Positions 58,464 through 64,000 of a DNA stretch of 64,000 nt are shown piece after piece. The position numbers were made by a program, and so were the translations under genes. This stretch comes from Promethearchaeota archaeon (GTDB taxonomy: Archaea; Asgardarchaeota; Thorarchaeia; Thorarchaeales; Thorarchaeaceae), in NCBI GenBank assembly GCA_048939765.1, contig JBHLPF010000017.1:1-64000 (forward strand), read 5' to 3'. How positions within the stretch are numbered: position 1 is the first letter of the stretch; each line of letters starts with the position of its first letter. Under the pieces are notes generated by a model. The model was not told the DNA's origin. It ran no database searches and saw only the letters and a program-made list of their open reading frames with translations.

Positions 58464-59552
58464 GTGGTGGAGATAGAATTGGTGATTAGGGGAATAGCTT
58501 TCATCCATCAACCTCTATCTGACTCGCATGCCCAACCGTTCCCCAAGCCAAATATCGAAGCGTTCGAAACTCCGCTGAGAATTCAGGTGGCTTACAAGTA
58601 CCTTGAAGAAAGTGGCGTGCTTAGAGAGATGAAAGTATGCGAAGCAAATCGTGCCAAGCTTGATGACGCACTGCTAGTTCACTCGCCATACCTTGTTCAT
58701 ACAGTTGAGATAATGTCAGACTTGGGAAGTGGATATCTTGGCGAATCATCATACGCGAGTCCTGGCTTGCTTCGCTCTGCATTGCATGCCCTTGGCGGCG
58801 CAATTCAATCTGCAAAGCTTGTATCAGAAGGTGACACCAGACATGCCTTCGCATTGGTACGGCCGCCTGGACATCATGCATCGACTTCAACTTCGATGGG
58901 TCTATGCTACTTCAACAACATTGCCGTTGCTGCGAGGACTGTGATTGCAAGAGAGGACGTAAATCGAATTACGATTCTTGATATTGACAATCACTTTGGA
59001 AATGGGACAGCAGAGATATTCTATGCGGATCCGAATATCCAGTATATCTCTGTGCATGAATATGACTACGAGAATTTTGGCGTAGGACACTTTGACGAGA
59101 TTGGATGTGGTAAGGGGAAGGGAAAGACCATCAACATACCCCTTGTTGAAACGAGCCCTAACATATCCTATGAGTCGGCATTGAAGCAGATAGTAACTCC
59201 AGCTTTAGAAAGCTTCAAACCAGACATCATAGGAGTCTCTGCTGGATTCGATGCGCACTATGCGGACCCAGTAGGAAACATGGATGTCGATTCGAGAACC
59301 TACTGGCTCATTGGAAAGCTCGTGGAGAAGACTGTGTCTGCGTTGAGAATGAAGGGTTCATTTTGGATTCTTGAAGGAGGATACAATCCATTTGTGCTTG
59401 GTTCAAGCATAAGAGCGAGTCTGGAGGGCCTGCAAAGCAAGAAACTCCCTCAACTCGATGACCAGGTCGATCGCGAGAGGCACGAGATGGTAATAGAGTC
59501 CAATGAGGAGATTATTGAGAAGGTCTTGGAAACAGTCTCACCCTATTTCTGA
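58464..59552 (+). CDS. Histone deacetylase family protein
   Basis: RPPGHHA, GLCYFNN, DIDNHFGNGT, SAGFDAH..DP, LEGGY. Confidence 0.94.
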   Translation: MVEIELVIRGIAFIHQPLSDSHAQPFPKPNIEAFETPLRIQVAYKYLEESGVLREMKVCEANRAKLDDALLVHSPYLVHTVEIMSDLGSGYLGESSYASPGLLRSALHALGGAIQSAKLVSEGDTRHAFALVRPPGHHASTSTSMGLCYFNNIAVAARTVIAREDVNRITILDIDNHFGNGTAEIFYADPNIQYISVHEYDYENFGVGHFDEIGCGKGKGKTINIPLVETSPNISYESALKQIVTPALESFKPDIIGVSAGFDAHYADPVGNMDVDSRTYWLIGKLVEKTVSALRMKGSFWILEGGYNPFVLGSSIRASLEGLQSKKLPQLDDQVDRERHEMVIESNEEIIEKVLETVSPYF

Positions 59553-59655
59553 GGAAGGTAAGCAACAATTTGCTAGGACTGCCAAATAGTTCCATGCACA
59601 ACGTTTTAAGGCCACACAACTTGGGCGATTTCAGAACCAGCAATGGTGAGCATAT

Positions 59656-59943
59656 TTGGGTAAAAAGAGAAAATCCGGTGGCCGAAGCAAGGGCAGCGCA
59701 GGAAAGTCCAAGACCGTCCAGTGCTCCAAATGTGGACGAATTGTCCCAGCTGATAAGGCCAAGAGATATACAAAGCGGGTATCGGCTGTGGATCCACAGC
59801 TTGCACGTGAACTCCGCCAACAAGGGAGTTTCATTCAAACCCGTAAGACCACAGCATATTACTGCATCAGCTGCGCAGTGCACTCTGGAAAGGTCCAGAT
59901 TCGACAAGCAACTGAGCGGAAAACAAAACCTGGCCGCCGCTAA
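59656..59943 (+). CDS. rps26e: 30S ribosomal protein S26e
   Basis: KKRKSGGRSK, VQCSKCGRIVPADKA, YCISCAVH; TTG start with GGTGA RBS. Confidence 0.96.
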   Translation: MGKKRKSGGRSKGSAGKSKTVQCSKCGRIVPADKAKRYTKRVSAVDPQLARELRQQGSFIQTRKTTAYYCISCAVHSGKVQIRQATERKTKPGRR

Positions 59944-60018
59944 TAGACTAAACACAACATGTCAGATATTACTGTCTCGCGTACATCGAGGGACCCATCA
60001 TATTAGCTGGTTCTCCAA

Positions 60019-60621
60019 ATGATGGAACAAGTAACTCATCTGAGATTCATTTTGTATTTGCCTCAACTCGCTGAAGCTGGGAGCTTCCATCTCAAAGACT
60101 TGCCAGGATCAGGAAAAAGAATAGACGTTCTATGCCGCTCTCTGGCCGCATGTTTCGACTGGGGACCTTCAACTCTTGATAAATCCAGATTAGAGGTTAT
60201 TGCCCTTGATGGTAAGGCAGCTTGTCTTCGAATCAGAGATCCAGATACAGATTTGCCAAGGGGGGAGGTCTGGTGGGCAAGTGCAGTCAAAGATGCATTG
60301 AACGGAGATCCTCCTCCGTTCATAGATGTTGAAAATCAGACCTTGGAGAGCCTCTTCAAGGAAATCTTGGCCAATGACGATGAACGCCTATGGGTGCTAG
60401 ATGAAACCGGTAAAGCCTTACTCGAAGAGAATGAGTCGATATTGAATGCTCAGAACAGCTTCGTCATTGGGGGATATAGAGGATTTGATTCTGAGGCGCT
60501 GAAAGCCTTTGATGACCACAGCATTTATCGACTCTCTCTAGGAACAAATAGCTACCTTACGAGTCATTGCATTGCAGCGATAATATCAATATATGAAGAG
60601 ATGATTCATGATGTCAGGTGA
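60019..60621 (+). CDS. trmY: tRNA (pseudouridine54-N1)-methyltransferase, SPOUT family
   Basis: FHLKDLPGSGKRIDVLCR, LDETG, FVIGGYRG, LSLG..SYLTSHCI. Confidence 0.85.
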   Translation: MMEQVTHLRFILYLPQLAEAGSFHLKDLPGSGKRIDVLCRSLAACFDWGPSTLDKSRLEVIALDGKAACLRIRDPDTDLPRGEVWWASAVKDALNGDPPPFIDVENQTLESLFKEILANDDERLWVLDETGKALLEENESILNAQNSFVIGGYRGFDSEALKAFDDHSIYRLSLGTNSYLTSHCIAAIISIYEEMIHDVR

Positions 60622-60958
60622 AATGTCCAAAAGGCAGTCAAGAGCGGTAGAAAGACTCGTGAACAAACTGACCAAGGAAATGCTCTGGATTTACATTCTT
60701 AGACTGCTCCAAGAAAGACCACACTATGGGTATGAGATTAAGGAACTCGTGACGAAGAGATTCGGATTTTCGCCTGCTACAGTGAGCGGATATGCAATCA
60801 TTTACCGTCTACAGAGAGATGGTCTCATACAGAGTCAAGCGTCTGGTGATTCAACAAGAAAATACTACGAGATAACGGAGAAAGGCATTGAAGCAATGAT
60901 ACTTGCCAAGGATTTCCTCTCTTCAACCATATCAAGAGTGTTCGATGTCACCGAGTAA
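60608..60958 (+). CDS. PadR family transcriptional regulator
   Basis: ILRLL..RPHYGYEI, Y..IYRL...GLI, RKYYEITEKG. Confidence 0.92.
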   Translation: MMSGEMSKRQSRAVERLVNKLTKEMLWIYILRLLQERPHYGYEIKELVTKRFGFSPATVSGYAIIYRLQRDGLIQSQASGDSTRKYYEITEKGIEAMILAKDFLSSTISRVFDVTE

Positions 60959-61849
60959 TTAGCGAATAGTGATTCCCTCAAGTATTTGCTCAGTCCTCTG
61001 TTGAATAACATTGCGTTCCAATCTGAAATCGATACCTGCGGGGGACTCAACAACAATGCTTGCAACGGCTGAGGCGAAGGCTCCGCATTCTGAGATTGGA
61101 TTTTCTTCTAGCATCTTTGCAGCAAAAGCGGCCAGATATGAATCGCCTGCGCCAATGCCATTGGCCGTATTGATTTTGTAAGCAGGAATACGGTAGAAAT
61201 CCTTTCCGTCGAACGCAATACTACCTTCATCCGAAAGCGTGACTATTCCTAAGTCGGATCCTGATTCAACCAGCATCTCAACAGCCAGAAAGGGATCATC
61301 TTCACCCGTCAATATCTTGGACTCTAGACGATTTGGCTTCACAACATCAATGAAGCCTAGTATTTCGCCTGCTACGCGATGATTCCCCATAAGTCGGACT
61401 CGATTGTCATCACTAACTCTCCTAAACCGGGGGTCGAGAAGAATGATTGAGTCAGAAGAGTCATGCAGCCATTCAATAAACTCAGCGTGAATCTCACGAA
61501 GTACTGGGCTGAGCAAAATCATCTTTGCCCTTAGGAATTCATCTGGAATGTCGCGAATTCTTATCTCATTCCTTGTTCCGATCAAGTTCGCGAATTCGTT
61601 CCCTTTTAGGTCTAGAGCGACTTGAAACCTACTAGTTTCATCAGATTCAGTCAAGAAGAACTCGATATCGTGTCTGTCAAGGACCTGAGTTGCCTCACTC
61701 AGGAACTCATTACCAACAGTTCCCACTAATGCGACATTCTCGATCCCCAAATTCGCCGCTGTGACTGCGGTATATACAGCTCCACTTGCTAGCACCATGG
61801 AGCCATTCTCATAATAGGCTGGATTGCCAATGACAACAATGTCATACAT
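60959..61849 (-). CDS. PfkB family carbohydrate kinase
   Basis: VGTVG, LDP, KPNRLE, VTLSDEGS, GIGAGDSYLAAF. Confidence 0.9.
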   Translation of the reverse strand: MYDIVVIGNPAYYENGSMVLASGAVYTAVTAANLGIENVALVGTVGNEFLSEATQVLDRHDIEFFLTESDETSRFQVALDLKGNEFANLIGTRNEIRIRDIPDEFLRAKMILLSPVLREIHAEFIEWLHDSSDSIILLDPRFRRVSDDNRVRLMGNHRVAGEILGFIDVVKPNRLESKILTGEDDPFLAVEMLVESGSDLGIVTLSDEGSIAFDGKDFYRIPAYKINTANGIGAGDSYLAAFAAKMLEENPISECGAFASAVASIVVESPAGIDFRLERNVIQQRTEQILEGITIR

Positions 61850-61853
61850 CGGC

Positions 61854-62573
61854 CTATTCTTCACCCTCCGTTTGCAGGATGATCTTGTGCGCATATGCCA
61901 ACCGTTGAACTACAGTAATGTGTGACAGTATTCCGACTATTACTACGCACAGCGTTAGGATGTTTGTTATTCTAATAGCCACAAACAAATCCATCACAGC
62001 CCCAGGCAATATAGCCAAGAAATCAAACCAGATGTTCGTCGAGGGTAGCGCCAGTAGTAGAATCCCTGCAAAAGTGAGGATGAGCTTCTCCTGTCTCTCA
62101 GCAATGCCCACTGAGCAGTTCTCCATTCCTCCTACCGACTCTGCCTTGGCTCGTGAAAAACTTGCCATAATCATTCCGAATAACGAGAAGACTCCCCAGA
62201 ACCACGGGAGATAGCTCTCGTTTGGTGTTATAATCCACCATGCGACTGGTGTCGTCACAGTGGGTCCCATCATCAATCCCAAGATGAATAGAAACTCAGC
62301 ATATCGGTCAAGAGTGTGGTCGAATGTTGCCCCGAACTTTGATCCCAGATTTGCCGCCCGGGCAACGGCTCCATCAAACATGTCCATGACGACTGTTAGG
62401 AGCATGAGAAGAAAGCCTATCATGAGATCACCTAGAAAGAAGAAGTATGCACTCACCAGAGCAACCAACACGGTGAGTCCAGTTATCATATTTGGAGTAA
62501 GTCCAGTCCTAGCTAACACTCGCCCCACTGGCATCATGATGTTCTGATATCTTTCTCGCAGTTTTCCAAGCAT
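61854..62573 (-). CDS. CDP-alcohol phosphatidyltransferase (probable archaetidylinositol phosphate synthase)
   Basis: TPNMIT, DMFDGAVAR...SKFGATFDHTLDRYAE, SFSRAKAES, GIAERQE. Confidence 0.9.
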   Translation of the reverse strand: MLGKLRERYQNIMMPVGRVLARTGLTPNMITGLTVLVALVSAYFFFLGDLMIGFLLMLLTVVMDMFDGAVARAANLGSKFGATFDHTLDRYAEFLFILGLMMGPTVTTPVAWWIITPNESYLPWFWGVFSLFGMIMASFSRAKAESVGGMENCSVGIAERQEKLILTFAGILLLALPSTNIWFDFLAILPGAVMDLFVAIRITNILTLCVVIVGILSHITVVQRLAYAHKIILQTEGEE

Positions 62574-62647
62574 GAGCTTCACATTTCCAGGACCTGGGGT
62601 CGGGCTTCGCCGATTTGACTTGCGTTAATAAACGTGTTGTGGGGTGC

Positions 62648-64000
62648 TCAAAGCACACTCGTAATGCGATTGAGAACCCAGTCATTGCCAAGAAGGTTTA
62701 GGAAGCCACCCAATCTTGGACCTGATTTTCGGGATAACAGAACCCTATAGAGAACAACAAATGCTCTCTTATCCTTCAGGCCCACTGAACGAGCAGTTTC
62801 AAAGACTTTGCTCTGCAAATCCTCATCATCAAGAGGCTCACCCTTCAAGACCTCAGAGAATCTTCGAAGAAAATCGCGGTCATTATCAGTTAGAGTGTTT
62901 ATAATCTCCTTAGGCACAGATTCCGAAACCTCGACCTTGTCACGGTCGGTTCCATACTCATGGGCCCAAGTTTTTGCCCGATGGAGTCTGATTTGAATCA
63001 GCTCTCTTGCTTCAGGGGGTACTGCATCGAGTCCATGCTGCTTCTTGAGTACTTGCTCGCATCTCTCGAGCATAGTCTTTGACCCAAGGATATCCTCCAT
63101 CTGTGAGGTTATGACAGCGAATTTGAACGGTAGCTTTGGAATATACTCCTCTGGAACATCTCCAACAAGACAAAGAGGGTACAAAAGCCGGATGTATTCG
63201 GCTCGCTCCTCAGTAGTTTCCTCAAGACCATAGTAGGCCCTCTCGAATCTATCAAAGTCATCCACCGCGTCAGGAATTCGTTCAGGTTGTAAGTCAATTG
63301 CTCTCTCAAGCGGGGGTCTTAGCACTATGTATCGATAAAGCTCAGGAGGCGCGATAGACAACCAGACCTTTGGGCTGAACACAATACCTTCAGAGGTTGA
63401 CATGTCACGTCCTCCAATGCGTACCCACTCAAAAGGAACTTTCACTGGGCCCTCCCAGCCAAAGACTCGTCGTGATATCTCCAGACCAGTGTCAAAGGAA
63501 CCGCCTTTCACAGAATGGTCTTTTCCTGCTGGCTCACATGTCACGTTTAGCACGTACCATTTAGCTGGCCAATCAATTCTCCAAGAGAGTTTTACTCGAA
63601 GTCCATCAAGAGGCGCTTCATCACTGTGACCACATGACGGACATGAAAAGGATGCCTTGTCAGTAACAGGATCATAGTCTGTGATTCTGTTAACAACTAT
63701 TTCCCCCTTCGCACCTGCCTGAATACGTCCACAGGAGGGACAGAATACAGAGGCGGGATACCAATTCTTCATAGATTCGACATAGTCTGCCTTTTGTTCA
63801 TCATTGAAATCACTGGCTACATATTCAATGAGTATCTCACGAATGACTTCCGTGTTCTTCAAACACAACCTAATGGCTTCCAGCATTTCCGGAGTTTCGT
63901 ATAGTTTGCTTTGCCATATCACTTCTGGATTAACACCGAATTGTGGAAATGTTTCTATGAACTCATTGGCCGCATGAGCCGCGAAACTCTCGCAACAACC
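62648..64000 (-). CDS. lysS: Lysine--tRNA ligase class I, 5' end outside window
   Basis: Frame open to the window edge (GCCESFAAH...); CPSCG, KLSWRIDWPAKW, EPAGKDH, DMSTSEG, SGPRLG. Confidence 0.95.
   Translation of the reverse strand, partial: GCCESFAAHAANEFIETFPQFGVNPEVIWQSKLYETPEMLEAIRLCLKNTEVIREILIEYVASDFNDEQKADYVESMKNWYPASVFCPSCGRIQAGAKGEIVVNRITDYDPVTDKASFSCPSCGHSDEAPLDGLRVKLSWRIDWPAKWYVLNVTCEPAGKDHSVKGGSFDTGLEISRRVFGWEGPVKVPFEWVRIGGRDMSTSEGIVFSPKVWLSIAPPELYRYIVLRPPLERAIDLQPERIPDAVDDFDRFERAYYGLEETTEERAEYIRLLYPLCLVGDVPEEYIPKLPFKFAVITSQMEDILGSKTMLERCEQVLKKQHGLDAVPPEARELIQIRLHRAKTWAHEYGTDRDKVEVSESVPKEIINTLTDNDRDFLRRFSEVLKGEPLDDEDLQSKVFETARSVGLKDKRAFVVLYRVLLSRKSGPRLGGFLNLLGNDWVLNRITSVL

Noticed and set aside
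59512-60022. 147-150 aa ORFs overlapping rps26e
   Set aside because: Shadow frames of the clearly conserved eS26 gene; the same applies to most short antisense ORFs in the track
1-64000. CRISPR arrays, transposases, integrases, provirus
   Set aside because: No regularly spaced repeats or mobile-element proteins seen; no duplicate of the tRNA-Gln 3' end noticed

Overview
Gene-dense archaeal chromosome segment, most likely from an Asgard archaeon (Thorarchaeia-like). This is inferred from class I LysRS, eS26, archaeal CCA enzyme, PoK/PPS CoA pathway and Tes, together with eukaryotic-signature-like proteins: Rab-, Arf- and MglA-type GTPases, roadblock, longin/DENN-like, and SNAP/PCI-like. It holds about 55 CDS and one tRNA-Gln(CUG). 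I saw no CRISPR array or transposase. Highlights: (1) a selenoprotein SelD whose N-terminus the ORF track missed because of an in-frame UGA, with a eukaryote-type SECIS candidate overlapping its stop codon; (2) several intergenic, strongly base-paired RNA candidates, two of which (9817-9955 and 21316-21415) share four colinear sequence blocks and look like one undescribed sRNA family; (3) a multi-pseudoknot, switch-like RNA plus a perfect 22-bp palindrome upstream of a CbrS/CbrT-like cobalamin-uptake locus; (4) IleRS with the non-canonical GVHH signature; (5) an EF-2 paralog with an altered diphthamide loop; (6) a GTPase with a natural Q-to-L switch II. All RNA structures were paired by eye and all protein calls come from recognised motifs, not database searches.
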